Source: an uncultured Opitutales bacterium
GTDB taxonomy: Bacteria > Verrucomicrobiota > Verrucomicrobiia > Opitutales > Intestinicryptomonadaceae
Length of the DNA stretch: 22,843 bases
Assembly: GCA_934613415.1 (NCBI GenBank)
Contig: CAKTSY010000007.1
Span: 1 to 22,843, forward strand
Direction: 5' to 3'
The translations under genes were made by a program, and so were the position numbers. The notes below the pieces were generated by a model that ran no database searches, was not told the DNA's origin, and saw only the letters and a list, made by a program, of their open reading frames with translations. Of this stretch, positions 1 through 8,532 are shown one piece after another. The stretch's first letter is position 1, and every line of letters begins with the position of its first letter.

Positions 1-72
1 AATCAGCAGAATCAGCAGAATCAGCAGAATCAGCAGAATCAGCAGAATCAGCAGAATCAGCAGAATCAGCAG
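1..72 (+). repeat. Perfect in-frame 9-bp tandem repeat (AATCAGCAG) x8 encoding (NQQ)8. The array is cut by the window edge, and a degenerate ninth unit (AATCAAAAC) follows.
   Basis: Direct reading: eight identical 9-mers fill nt 1-72 in frame with the 1-633 CDS. Confidence 0.95.
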
Positions 73-633
73 AATCAAAACAGCAACAACAATAATAAGA
101 ATAATTCTGATAAAGACAACAAAAACGATTCGCAAAACGCCGAGAAAAACGACAATAAAAATTCCGACAAAAACAACCAAGACAAACAACAAAGCAAGGA
201 AGACCAGCAAAACAAAAACAAACCGCAAGATTCCGATAAAGGCGGCAAAAAGGAACAGCCGCAGCAAAACAAAGAGAATCAGCAAAGTGCAGACAAACAA
301 AACTCTTCGGCAAACAAAAACGAAGAGAAAAAGTCGGAACAGGCGGTAAGGCAAAACGAAACTCAAACCCAACAAAAGCCCGAGAACAAAAATGCCGGCA
401 AAGAAACGGCGGTGCAACCGCAACAACAGCAGGCAGCTGCCGCGACTGGGCAAAAAGAGGGCGACAAACAGGAACAAGCTCAAGCCTACGACTATCGAAA
501 AGAAGAGGGTGCTATGACAAAACGCGAAGCCTACCAACTTTTAAATTCCGCCTCGCAAGAGGAAAAACTACTGCCCTTTAAAGGATACGGAACGGGCAAA
601 GACAGATACAACCAAAATTACAAGGATTGGTAA
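1..633 (+). CDS. 3' part of a Bat-operon-type protein (BatC/BatB-like), 5'-truncated by the window edge. A long Q/N/K/D/E-rich low-complexity region is followed by a short structured tail ending in KDW.
   Basis: Frame 1 is open from nt 1 to TAA at 631-633; I checked it codon by codon. The ORF track only reports it from GTG 412. It ends 3 nt before the batD ATG. The tail 'TKREAYQLLNSASQEEKLLPFKG...NYKDW' resembles, from memory, the C-termini of BatC-type proteins that precede BatD. There is no start codon in the window. Confidence 0.5.
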   Translation, partial: NQQNQQNQQNQQNQQNQQNQQNQQNQNSNNNNKNNSDKDNKNDSQNAEKNDNKNSDKNNQDKQQSKEDQQNKNKPQDSDKGGKKEQPQQNKENQQSADKQNSSANKNEEKKSEQAVRQNETQTQQKPENKNAGKETAVQPQQQQAAAATGQKEGDKQEQAQAYDYRKEEGAMTKREAYQLLNSASQEEKLLPFKGYGTGKDRYNQNYKDW

Positions 634-636
634 AAA

Positions 637-2559
637 ATGAAAAAACTATTTGCAGCAATAATTACGCTTTTTGCAACGCTTGCCGTTTTTGCGCAAAGCG
701 TGCAGCCCAAAGGCTTTTTGCCCGATAAGGCAAGGGTTAATACCCCTGTAAACTATGTGCTAGACATTGTTAACGCCGACGCCGATGTAAATATGGACGC
801 CGTAAACGCCAAAGTGCCGCAAGGGTTAAGATATTTGGGGAGCTCTTCGTCTACAAGTATGAGCTTTTCTACAAGCTCTACAATGGGCGTAAAGCGCGAA
901 AAACGACGCACTGTAACATTAACTTTTTCCGCCGAAAAGGAAGGCTCGTACACAATAGGCGAATGGACATTAAAAATAGGCGACAAAGAATTTAAAGTGC
1001 CCCCAAGCACGCTTGTTGTAGACAACAACGCCCCTGTATCCCAAAACTATGCCGACGACGAATATATAGACCCAATTGCGGCAATTTCGTCTATGGGGCA
1101 ATCTATGCAAAGCCTTGTGTTCGGCAATGGCGGGGGGCGTTCTGCACAGCGTCAGAGAGTGCAAAGAAAAGCCCCCGATTTGTCGAAAATCCTTTCTGCA
1201 AACATAGAAATAAACACGGCAAACAAAGACAAAAAAATATATGTAGGCGAAAGCGTGCCATGCAAAATAGTTTTGAAAATAGACAGGCAGCTTGCGCAGC
1301 AAGAGGGGCTAAGTCTTTCGTCGGTGGCCCTTTTGCCCGAAAAGACAAACGACTTTACCGCGCAAATTACAACACAAAAGCCCGTGCTTTCCGAAGAGTC
1401 GAATCTGCAATATGTTTCGGTGGAATATTCCGCCGTTATAACTCCAAATAAGGTGGGGACTTTCCCGCTGTCGTACGCATTTAACGGCGAATTTGCGGCC
1501 CAAATGCGTCCGCAAGATGCCTTTTTGATGGATATTTTTGAAATGGCAACAATGCAAAGGCGAGCTTTACCCTTTAAGATAAACGCCGAAATTAAAGCCT
1601 TAAAAGTAGAGCCTTTGCCCCAGAATGCGCCCGCAACTTTTACGGGGGCAATAGGCACATTTTCCATAGAAAAGGCGGTGTTAAACCCAAGCTCTACAAG
1701 TGTTGGCGAGCCTTCTACGTTTTCGTATGTAATTGCAGGCACAGGCAATTTCGGCAGAATAGAGCCCGCCCAAATAAAAAGCGACGAAAATTGGAAGGTA
1801 TACAAACCCAAATCTAAGTTTTCCGACGAAAGCGACGGTGCAGGCTACATAGGTTCTAAAACATTTGAATATATAACAGTTCCATTAAAGGCCGATTTAG
1901 AAAGCTTTATTCCGTTCGAATTTACATTCTTTAACCCTAAAAAGGGCGAATACCAAACTTTAAAATGTCCAAAAGTTGAAGCGAGTGTTGCCCCTGCAAA
2001 ATCGCAAACGCAAGCCGCAACAATTAAGGACAATTCGCAAACACCCAAAATTACAAAAACGGGAGAATTCGACATTGTTCCCGCTAAAGACGCAAGCGCA
2101 AGCTCTATTGCCCTTTTTGCGCGCGCCGAGTTTTGGATATTCCAAGCCTTTATAATTATTGCCGTTATTGCCGCCATTGTTCTGCGCCGCAAAAGCCTAA
2201 AACTTAAAGAAAACCCAATGCTTGCCAAATTTGTTGCCGAGAAAAAAACCGCAAAAGAAAAGCTAAAAAAAGCCGAACTTTTTGCAAAAGAAGGCAACGT
2301 TATGGAATTTCTTAAAGAGGGCAAAGAGTCTTTGCAATATGCGCTTGCCGCCTCTACCGCAAAAGAGCCGCTTTCGGTTTTGGAAAAAGACGCGCAATAT
2401 ATTTTGCAAAGAGATTCGCTTTCGGAATTTTCGCAGACAGTTTCGCTTTTATTTTCGGGGCAGGACGCAGTAAGGTATGGCGAAAAAAGCGAAAGAGATT
2501 TTGATTTGCCAACGCTGGAAAGGAGCCTGAAGGCACTATGCAAAGAATTGTTGCGTTAG
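637..2559 (+). CDS. batD: BatD-like protein (oxygen-tolerance/aerotolerance operon family), exported, with a C-terminal membrane anchor.
   Basis: 640-aa ORF starting at ATG 637. The signal peptide is MKKLFAAIITLFATLAVFAQ. A long beta-rich ectodomain is followed by one TM helix near residue 510 (FWIFQAFIIIAVIAAIVL) and a charged helical cytoplasmic tail, which is the BatD architecture. It lies between a BatC-like gene and a TPR/SH3 BatE-like gene. AAGGA lies about 10 nt upstream of the ATG. Confidence 0.7.
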   Translation: MKKLFAAIITLFATLAVFAQSVQPKGFLPDKARVNTPVNYVLDIVNADADVNMDAVNAKVPQGLRYLGSSSSTSMSFSTSSTMGVKREKRRTVTLTFSAEKEGSYTIGEWTLKIGDKEFKVPPSTLVVDNNAPVSQNYADDEYIDPIAAISSMGQSMQSLVFGNGGGRSAQRQRVQRKAPDLSKILSANIEINTANKDKKIYVGESVPCKIVLKIDRQLAQQEGLSLSSVALLPEKTNDFTAQITTQKPVLSEESNLQYVSVEYSAVITPNKVGTFPLSYAFNGEFAAQMRPQDAFLMDIFEMATMQRRALPFKINAEIKALKVEPLPQNAPATFTGAIGTFSIEKAVLNPSSTSVGEPSTFSYVIAGTGNFGRIEPAQIKSDENWKVYKPKSKFSDESDGAGYIGSKTFEYITVPLKADLESFIPFEFTFFNPKKGEYQTLKCPKVEASVAPAKSQTQAATIKDNSQTPKITKTGEFDIVPAKDASASSIALFARAEFWIFQAFIIIAVIAAIVLRRKSLKLKENPMLAKFVAEKKTAKEKLKKAELFAKEGNVMEFLKEGKESLQYALAASTAKEPLSVLEKDAQYILQRDSLSEFSQTVSLLFSGQDAVRYGEKSERDFDLPTLERSLKALCKELLR

Positions 2560-3269
2560 TTCTGCTTTTTGCGTGTTCGCTGGGCGCGTTTGCGCAAAAT
2601 GCAACCGAATATTTTTCGCTTGGCGTAAACGCCTATTCCAAGGGTGACTATGCTTCGGCAAAAGAATTTTTTGCAAAATCGCTAGAAAAAGCCGAAACTC
2701 CGCAAGGCAACTACAACCTTGCAAATGCCTGCCTAAAGCTTGGGGAAAACGGCTTGGCAAAGGCTTATTATATGCGCGCCTTATACGAAATGCCACGCTT
2801 TAGAGAGGCGCAGTCGAACCTGAATTCGCTTAACAAAAAAATGGGCTTCGACGAATTTTCGTTCTCGAGATACGACGAATTTTTAAACGAGCTTTCGTAT
2901 AACGAATGGGTTGCCATTGCGGCGATTTCCGTTTGGGGGGCGATTTTCCTTTTGGTTGTTTTGCCGCTTATGCGCAAAAGCGCGGCTTGGCAGATATTCT
3001 TGGGCATAATACTTTTGCTTTTGTTTCTCGTATCGGCGTATGGAGCTTTTTATTGGCGCGAATACTTAAATTGCGTCGTTGCCGTTGGCGGCGAACCTGT
3101 TTTAACGCTTTCGCCTGCAAATGAAAGCCCCGTTGTTGCAACCTTAAAAGAGGGGCAGCTTGCGCAAATTGAAGCGCAAAATAACGGCTTTGTTTTGATT
3201 GAAACAAACGGCGGCAAAAAAGGTTGGACAAAGCTAGAGGGCAACTCTTTTAAAAAGGTAGCCCCGTAA
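2538..3269 (+). CDS. batE: BatE-like protein with a signal/anchor sequence, TPR repeats, two TM helices and a C-terminal SH3b-type domain.
   Basis: 243-aa ORF starting at ATG 2538, overlapping the batD 3' end by 22 nt. The N-terminus is MQRIVALVLLFACSLGAFAQ. TPR-like helices are visible (YFSLGVNAYSKGDYASAKEFFAKSL..., NLANACLKLGENGLAKAYYMRAL). Two hydrophobic helices follow. The C-terminal segment 'LTLSPANESPVVATLKEGQLAQIEAQNNGFVLIETNGGKKGWTKLEG' is typical of bacterial SH3 domains. Confidence 0.65.
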   Translation: MQRIVALVLLFACSLGAFAQNATEYFSLGVNAYSKGDYASAKEFFAKSLEKAETPQGNYNLANACLKLGENGLAKAYYMRALYEMPRFREAQSNLNSLNKKMGFDEFSFSRYDEFLNELSYNEWVAIAAISVWGAIFLLVVLPLMRKSAAWQIFLGIILLLLFLVSAYGAFYWREYLNCVVAVGGEPVLTLSPANESPVVATLKEGQLAQIEAQNNGFVLIETNGGKKGWTKLEGNSFKKVAP

Positions 3270-3289
3270 ATTGCATTGTCTATATATGC

Positions 3290-3332
3290 AAAAAATGCAG
3301 ACCCTAAAAAGAGCCTGCATTTTTTGTTTTTT
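3290..3332. terminator. Probable bidirectional rho-independent terminator between the convergent batE-like gene and rho.
   Basis: There is an 11-bp perfect inverted repeat, AAAAAATGCAG (3290-3300) and CTGCATTTTTT (3315-3325), around a 14-nt loop. A further T-run extends to 3332. The GC core of the stem is only 5-6 bp, so this is a weak hairpin. Confidence 0.45.
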
Positions 3333-3344
3333 AAAAGGGATTTT

Positions 3345-4478
3345 CTACAAAATTACGTTTAAAAATTCCGCATTGTTTTTTGTTTGCTTCATTCTTTCTA
3401 GCAAAGTTTCGGTGGCGTCTTCAACCTTGGCCCCCGCCATTGCCCTGCGCAAAAACGACGAGGCTTCAAGCTCTTTGTCGCTAAGCAAAAGCTCTTCTTT
3501 TCTCGTTCCCGAAGCTGCAAGGTTTATAGCAGGCCAAATTCTTTGTTCGGCAAGCTTTCTGTCGAGCACCATTTCCATATTGCCCGTGCCCTTAAATTCC
3601 TGAAAAATCAGCTCGTCCATTCTCGAGCCAGTCTCAATTAAAGCCGAAGCTATAATTGTAAGCGAGCCTCCCTCTTCGGTGTTCCTAGCCGAAGAAAATA
3701 TCTGGCGCGGCCTTTCCAAAGCTCTGATATCTAGCCCGCCCGACATTGTTCTGCCGCTTCTAGACTTTGCCGCATTGTGCGCCCTCGAAAGCCTTGTAAG
3801 CGAGTCCATAAGCAAAACTGCGTCTTTGCCAGCCTCCACTATATTTTTGGCGCGGTCTATTGCCAAGTCGGCAACTCGTATGTGCGATTCCAAATTTTCG
3901 TCGTTCGACGAGGCGTATATTTCCGCCTGCGGCAAGTCGCGCTTAAAGTCGGTAACTTCTTCGGGGCGTTCGTCTACAAGAACAACAAGCACTTTGCATT
4001 CGGGGTGGTTTTCCATAATGCCGAAGGCTATGTCTTTTAAAAGCGTAGTTTTGCCCGTTCTGGGGGGGGCTACAATAAGCCCGCGCGTACCTTTGCCTAT
4101 GGGGCAAAAGATATCTATAACGCGGTTTGTAAGGCGGCCGTCTTTGGTTTCAAGCCTAAGTTTTTTGTCGGGCGAAATTGTTGTAAGGCTTTTAAAGGGC
4201 AGGCATTTTTTGCGTTCTATGCACTTTATGCCGTCTACGGTTTCTATAAAGCGCACTTTGGGGTTGTTGTGTCCGTTTCTTATGTGGGCGGTAGCTTCTA
4301 TAAACTGCCCTCTTTTAAGGTTGAATTTCCTTATAAGGTCTTTCGACACAAAAGGGTCGGTCGGTCGGGTTTTGCCGTTTCTGGCAACGTCTAGCAAAAT
4401 GCCGTTTTGGTTCGCCATAAGCTCGAACACGCCCGACACTTTCATTATCTGCAAATTTTCGGTGTTGTTATCTTCCAT
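3345..4478 (-). CDS. rho: Transcription termination factor Rho, a short form of 377 aa that lacks the N-terminal helix-bundle subdomain.
   Basis: The Walker A region is GKGTRGLIVAPPRTGKTTLL. The RecA-type core matches Rho throughout (VLVVLVDERPEEVTD, LLMDSLTRLSRAHN, GGSLTIIASALIETGSRMDE, IFQEFKGTGNMEMVLDR, IWPAINLAASGTRKEELL). I place the start at ATG 4478 (MEDNNTENLQIMKVSGVFEL...). The 28 extra codons of the ORF-track version (to 4562) show no Rho similarity. Confidence 0.9.
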   Translation of the reverse strand: MEDNNTENLQIMKVSGVFELMANQNGILLDVARNGKTRPTDPFVSKDLIRKFNLKRGQFIEATAHIRNGHNNPKVRFIETVDGIKCIERKKCLPFKSLTTISPDKKLRLETKDGRLTNRVIDIFCPIGKGTRGLIVAPPRTGKTTLLKDIAFGIMENHPECKVLVVLVDERPEEVTDFKRDLPQAEIYASSNDENLESHIRVADLAIDRAKNIVEAGKDAVLLMDSLTRLSRAHNAAKSRSGRTMSGGLDIRALERPRQIFSSARNTEEGGSLTIIASALIETGSRMDELIFQEFKGTGNMEMVLDRKLAEQRIWPAINLAASGTRKEELLLSDKELEASSFLRRAMAGAKVEDATETLLERMKQTKNNAEFLNVIL

Positions 4479-4679
4479 ATTTAGGTATTTTGGCGCGGCA
4501 AGCCCTAGGTTAAAAAAACTCTTTAATGGGTATTTTTGCCGCCCGATTATTAAACAGGGCAAGGCTAATACAAAATTGCCAATGCCGCTAAAAACAGTGT
4601 AATTGTTTTATTTATCGGCTTTAAAATCAAGCAAAAAAGTTGACGAACGCCTTTGGCGGTTTAATTATAGCGCATAACA

Positions 4680-5903
4680 ATGAACGATTATATCGACAGC
4701 ATAAGAAAAGATTTCCCCGTTTTGGGCGTACAAGTTGAAGGCAAAAGCCTTGTTTACCTCGACAACGGAGCTTCGGCGCAAAAGCCGCAGGCTATGATAG
4801 ACGCAATTTCTAAATTCTATTCGCAATACTATTCTAACATACACCGAAGTGCACACACTTTAAGCCGCTTGTCTACCACGGCATACGAAGCCGCGCGCGA
4901 AGCGGCAAAAAAATATTTCAACGTGCCGGAATCTGCCGAAGTTGTCTATACAAGGGGAACAACCGAGTCTTTAAACATTGTAGCCGCCTGCTTCGGGCAA
5001 AAGGTTTTAAAGAAAAACGACGTTGTTGTTGTAAGCGAAATGGAACACCACGCAAATTTGGTGCCTTGGCAGGAAGTCTGCAAAAAAACGGGAGCAGTTT
5101 TAAAGTTTGCAAAGATAACCGAAAACGGCGAACTAAGCCTTGAAAGTTTGGAGGAAATTTTTAAGCAAGGCGGCGTAAAAATCGTTTCGATTGCGCATTG
5201 TTCGAATGTGTTGGGAACTGTAAACGACGTTCGCAAAATTTCGGAAATGTGCAGGCAATACAACGCCTATTTTAGCGTAGACGCAGCGCAGTCGGCACCC
5301 CATTTTTTAGACGATTTTGCGGCAACCGATGCCGACTTTATGTCGCTTTCGGCGCACAAGTGCTACGGGCCTACGGGCTTTGGGCTGCTTATTGCCAAAA
5401 AATCGGTTTTCGAAATTATGGACGTTTACCAATGCGGCGGCGATATGGTAGACCATGTAGATTGGCAGTATGCAACCTACAAAAAAGCTCCCGAAAAATT
5501 CGAGGCGGGCAGCCAGCACATTGCGGGCGCAATAGGTTTTATGGCGTCGCTAAACTACCTTTCAAAGCTAGACAAACCCAAAATAAAGCAAAACGAAAAA
5601 CAGATAACTGAATTTTTAACCGAAAGGCTTTCGGCTATAAAGGGCTTGCGCGTTTTAGGCAGTGCAAAAAACAAATTGCCCATATTTTCGTTTGTGCACG
5701 AAAACGCCGCAGCCTACGACATTGCGGCTTTGTTAGACACAACCGGCATTGCATTGCGAAGCGGCAACCATTGCGCACAACCGCTGGGCAGGTTACTAAA
5801 TGCCCCCGTTTCGTGTAGGGCGTCGTTCGGGCTATACAACACGCTACAAGAGGCAGAATATTTTGTAGCGCAATTGGAACACGCGCTAAAAGTTTTAGCT
5901 TAG
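4680..5903 (+). CDS. sufS: Cysteine desulfurase, SufS/CsdA group II (class V aminotransferase).
   Basis: 407 aa starting at ATG 4680. The PLP-lysine motif is SLSAHKCYGPTGFG and the active-site Cys motif is RSGNHCAQP. The N-terminal 'IRKDFPVL...VYLDNGASAQKPQ' is typical of SufS. Confidence 0.88.
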   Translation: MNDYIDSIRKDFPVLGVQVEGKSLVYLDNGASAQKPQAMIDAISKFYSQYYSNIHRSAHTLSRLSTTAYEAAREAAKKYFNVPESAEVVYTRGTTESLNIVAACFGQKVLKKNDVVVVSEMEHHANLVPWQEVCKKTGAVLKFAKITENGELSLESLEEIFKQGGVKIVSIAHCSNVLGTVNDVRKISEMCRQYNAYFSVDAAQSAPHFLDDFAATDADFMSLSAHKCYGPTGFGLLIAKKSVFEIMDVYQCGGDMVDHVDWQYATYKKAPEKFEAGSQHIAGAIGFMASLNYLSKLDKPKIKQNEKQITEFLTERLSAIKGLRVLGSAKNKLPIFSFVHENAAAYDIAALLDTTGIALRSGNHCAQPLGRLLNAPVSCRASFGLYNTLQEAEYFVAQLEHALKVLA

Positions 5904-5915
5904 TTAAAAAAACAA

Positions 5916-5952
5916 AAGGCGGTGCAAAATTTTGTATGCACCGCCTTTTTTG
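5916..5952. terminator. Bidirectional rho-independent terminator between convergent sufS and the FAD oxidoreductase gene.
   Basis: The stem is GGCGGTGCA (5918-5926) paired with TGCACCGCC (5937-5945). An A-run lies upstream and TTTTTT downstream (5946-5951). Confidence 0.8.
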
Positions 5953-5972
5953 TGCTTTATTAACTTAAATAT

Positions 5973-7037
5973 TTATTCCCTAAAAAACTTCCTTATATGG
6001 CGTGCAATATCGGCTTGCGGCTCTATGGGAGTGTTTTTTGTAAGATACTTTGCGAACATATCTGCAAAAAAGGGCGTTAGCGCATAGCCTTTCGAGCCAA
6101 AGCCGTTAAATATATGCAAATTTCTCAGTTTCGGGTGCGTGCCCAAAAATGGGCGCGTTGTTCTTGTGCACGGGCGCATCCCCGCCGTGTGCGACAAAAC
6201 TTCAAGCTCGGGGCAGTCTTTTAAGACAAGCTTTACCGCCTTTAAAATTTCCGCTTCGCCCTCTTTTGTGGGCTGTTGGTTAAAGTTTTGCCTGTCCCAG
6301 GTAGAGCCGCAGCGAAATGTGTTTTCGCTTAATCTAATAAGCCACTTTTCTTTGTGTATAATTTCGGGGGGAAGTTCTACCGCGCCTTTAAGCTCTAAAA
6401 TTTCGCCCTTTGCCGGCGAAAAGGGAAGCCAACTAAAAAACGGATTTGCCATTGCCCTATAGCCCTCGCAAAAAACGGCGGCTTTGGCGGTAAAATCTTC
6501 GTAGCGCACAAAACTTTCGCAAACTTCAAGCTTTTCAAAATCAAAATCGCGCAAAAAATACAGGTTTTGGCTTTGCAAATATTTGCGAGCTGCTGCGCAA
6601 AAAACTTCGGTTTGAACTTTAGATACGTTTTCGATGTAGAATGCGCCGAATGGGTCTTTTATTGTCTTTAGCGTGTTAGGCGGCAACGAGCCCCTAAGGA
6701 AGGGGGCGTATGCTTCGTCGTCGTGCCTTGTGTGCCAAAGAGCATTTTCCTCTTGCGACTTGCACACCTGCAAAATTCTTGTTTTGCGGAAAAAGTTTGC
6801 GCTAAATGCGCCCTCAAGCTTGGGGTAATAGTTGTTTGCATAGGGCATTGCGTACTCTGCAAACCAGCTTTTTACCATGCGTTTGCCTGTTACGGGGTTT
6901 AAAGCCCCCGCCGCCACTAGGCTAGCGCAGGTTTTTTGCCCATTGTCTAAAACGGCAATCTTTAGCCCCAATTCTTTTAGGTGCATTGCCAAATTTATGC
7001 CCGCAACGCCGCAGCCTATAATTATAAAGTCTAGCAT
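5973..7037 (-). CDS. FAD-dependent oxidoreductase (DAO/glycine-oxidase-like family); substrate unknown.
   Basis: 354 aa. The N-terminal Rossmann dinucleotide motif is MLDFIIIGCGVAGINLAMHLKELGLKIAVLDNG. The C-terminal 'FNGFGSKGYALTPFFA' is typical of DAO-family enzymes. The start lies 3 nt after the ruvB stop. Confidence 0.65.
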   Translation of the reverse strand: MLDFIIIGCGVAGINLAMHLKELGLKIAVLDNGQKTCASLVAAGALNPVTGKRMVKSWFAEYAMPYANNYYPKLEGAFSANFFRKTRILQVCKSQEENALWHTRHDDEAYAPFLRGSLPPNTLKTIKDPFGAFYIENVSKVQTEVFCAAARKYLQSQNLYFLRDFDFEKLEVCESFVRYEDFTAKAAVFCEGYRAMANPFFSWLPFSPAKGEILELKGAVELPPEIIHKEKWLIRLSENTFRCGSTWDRQNFNQQPTKEGEAEILKAVKLVLKDCPELEVLSHTAGMRPCTRTTRPFLGTHPKLRNLHIFNGFGSKGYALTPFFADMFAKYLTKNTPIEPQADIARHIRKFFRE

Positions 7038-7040
7038 ACC

Positions 7041-8057
7041 TTAAAAGAATGTGCGCTGAATATTGGGGTTGTCTAGCCCTATTAAACGCCACGCTTTGTC
7101 GGTTAAAATTCTGCCTTGCGGTGTGCGCTGTATAAAGCCCTCTTGTATCAAAAACGGCTCGTGAACCTCCTCTAAAGTGTCGGCTTCTTCGCCCACTGCA
7201 ACGGCAACCGTGCCAATGCCTACGGGGCCGCCCTTGTAGTTTAGCCCCATAACCTTTAAGATTCTAAAGTCCATATCGTCTAGCCCGTTTTCGTCTATCT
7301 CCAAAAGCTCTAGCGCGTTTTTGGCAGAGTTTTCGTCTATAAGCGAATTGTTGTTTTCCTGAGCGTAGTCGCGCACAAATTTAACAAGGTTGTTTACAAT
7401 TCTGGGCGTCCCACGCGACCTTCTTGCAATTTCGCTGCAGCCGCCCTCGGTAATCTTTGCATTTAAAAGGCCGCAGGTTCTTTTTACAATTTGCTCTAGG
7501 TCTTTTCTTGAATAATATTCTAGGCGGCTTTGAAGCGTAAAGCGGCTGCGCAAGGGGGCGGTAAGCAATCCCGTTCGGGTTGTAGCCCCTACAAGCGTAA
7601 ATTTGGGGATATTAAGCCTTACGCTGCGCGCATTGGGGCCTTGGTCTATCATAATATCTATGCGGAAATCCTCCATCGCCGAATATAGATATTCTTCGAC
7701 CGAGCGCGGAATGCGGTGAATTTCGTCTATAAAAAGAATGTCGCCCTCTTCGAGATTGGTTAAAAGCCCCGCCAAGTCGGACGCTTTTTCAACAACGGGC
7801 CCGCTTGTAATTTTTATCTGCTTTTGCATTTCGTTTGCCAAAATCAATGCAAGGGTGGTTTTGCCCAATCCGGGCGGGCCGTGCAGCAGAATGTGGCTTA
7901 AAACGTCGCCCCTCTTTTTGGCGGCGTTAACCATAATCTTTAGGCGTTCTATGGTTTTGGGCTGCCCTTTAAAAGAGTCGAACGAGGGCGGACGCAAAGA
8001 GTTGTCCAAATCTTTTTCTTCCAGAGAATGGTTTATAAAATCCGCACCTTTTTCCAT
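7041..8057 (-). CDS. ruvB: Holliday junction branch-migration helicase RuvB.
   Basis: 338 aa. The sequence reads LRPPSFDSFKGQPKTIERL, Walker A HGPPGLGKTTLA, Walker B LFIDEIHR, then GATTRTGLLTAPLRSRF and the arginine-finger region RGTPRI. Confidence 0.95.
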   Translation of the reverse strand: MEKGADFINHSLEEKDLDNSLRPPSFDSFKGQPKTIERLKIMVNAAKKRGDVLSHILLHGPPGLGKTTLALILANEMQKQIKITSGPVVEKASDLAGLLTNLEEGDILFIDEIHRIPRSVEEYLYSAMEDFRIDIMIDQGPNARSVRLNIPKFTLVGATTRTGLLTAPLRSRFTLQSRLEYYSRKDLEQIVKRTCGLLNAKITEGGCSEIARRSRGTPRIVNNLVKFVRDYAQENNNSLIDENSAKNALELLEIDENGLDDMDFRILKVMGLNYKGGPVGIGTVAVAVGEEADTLEEVHEPFLIQEGFIQRTPQGRILTDKAWRLIGLDNPNIQRTFF

Positions 8058-8069
8058 AAAAGTATAAAA

Positions 8070-8495
8070 TCAAATTTGCCTGCCGCGTAGCAAGCCATTT
8101 CTTAGGGGTATGTCTTCGTGAAAATTAAAGTCTACAATCTCGCCTTTGTCGTTGCGGTAGGCTTCGAATATGCAGTATTTTGTGCCGCTAAATTCGTGCT
8201 CGCAGGTTGCCATATATCTTTTTAGGCAGGCGTTAACGCTGCGCATTTTAGATGGCAAAACCGCGCAGTTATAGCCCGAAACCAACGCCGTTTTATTCCT
8301 TGCTTTAACTTCTATTACAACAAGCAGATTTTCGGATTTTTGGCAGGCTATAATGTCGGCTTCGTAGTTCTTGTAGCGGTAGTTTCTGGCAAGAATTTTA
8401 TAGGGCGTGTGCTTTTTTATGTAGTCGGCGGCAAAGTCTTCGGCGCGTTTGCCGAAACTTTTGCGTTTAAAAATTTTTGTTAAAAAGCCGAACAT
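8070..8495 (-). CDS. yraN: YraN-family (UPF0102) endonuclease-like protein.
   Basis: 141 aa. 'GKRAEDFAADYIKKHTPYKILARNYRYKNYEADIIACQKSENLLVVIEVKAR' matches the YraN pattern (G..gE..A..yL...Gy.il..N.r...gEiDli....  ..l.fvEVK.R). It lies 12 nt upstream of ruvB on the same strand. Confidence 0.7.
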   Translation of the reverse strand: MFGFLTKIFKRKSFGKRAEDFAADYIKKHTPYKILARNYRYKNYEADIIACQKSENLLVVIEVKARNKTALVSGYNCAVLPSKMRSVNACLKRYMATCEHEFSGTKYCIFEAYRNDKGEIVDFNFHEDIPLRNGLLRGRQI

Positions 8496-8532
8496 TTGCC
8501 CGAAATTTTGTGTGTTGTGTTGCCATTTGCCA

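Noticed and set aside
1-72. The tandem 9-bp repeat array, considered as a CRISPR array or a phase-variation switch.
   Set aside because: There are no spacers (the units are directly abutting) and the unit is far too short for a CRISPR repeat. The unit length is a multiple of 3 and lies in-frame, so slippage changes protein length rather than switching expression on or off.
3271-3603. 110-aa plus-strand ORF starting just after the batE-like gene.
   Set aside because: It begins within the terminator region and runs antisense through the conserved 3' end of rho. The translation is low-complexity (S/L/F-rich) with no motif.
4479-4562. N-terminal extensions offered by the ORF track for rho, pgk (10632-10730), gap (11999-12094), the FtsB-like gene (17027-17113, TTG), the alr-like gene (18805-18843, TTG), the LptA-like gene (14317-14322, TTG) and the last gene (21595-21600, GTG).
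   Set aside because: In each case an internal ATG coincides with the start of family homology or of the signal peptide, often with an AGGA-type RBS. The extension is non-homologous, and for five of the seven (not rho or pgk) it begins at a non-ATG codon.
3679-4602. 307-aa plus-strand ORF opposite rho. Similar long antisense ORFs lie opposite pgk (9369-10106, 9415-10161), gap (11444-12016), batD (1152-1811, 1845-2543) and the acyl-ACP synthetase (17297-17824).
   Set aside because: These are shadow ORFs on the strand opposite confidently identified conserved genes. Their translations are low-complexity (S/L/F/R-rich) with no recognisable motifs.
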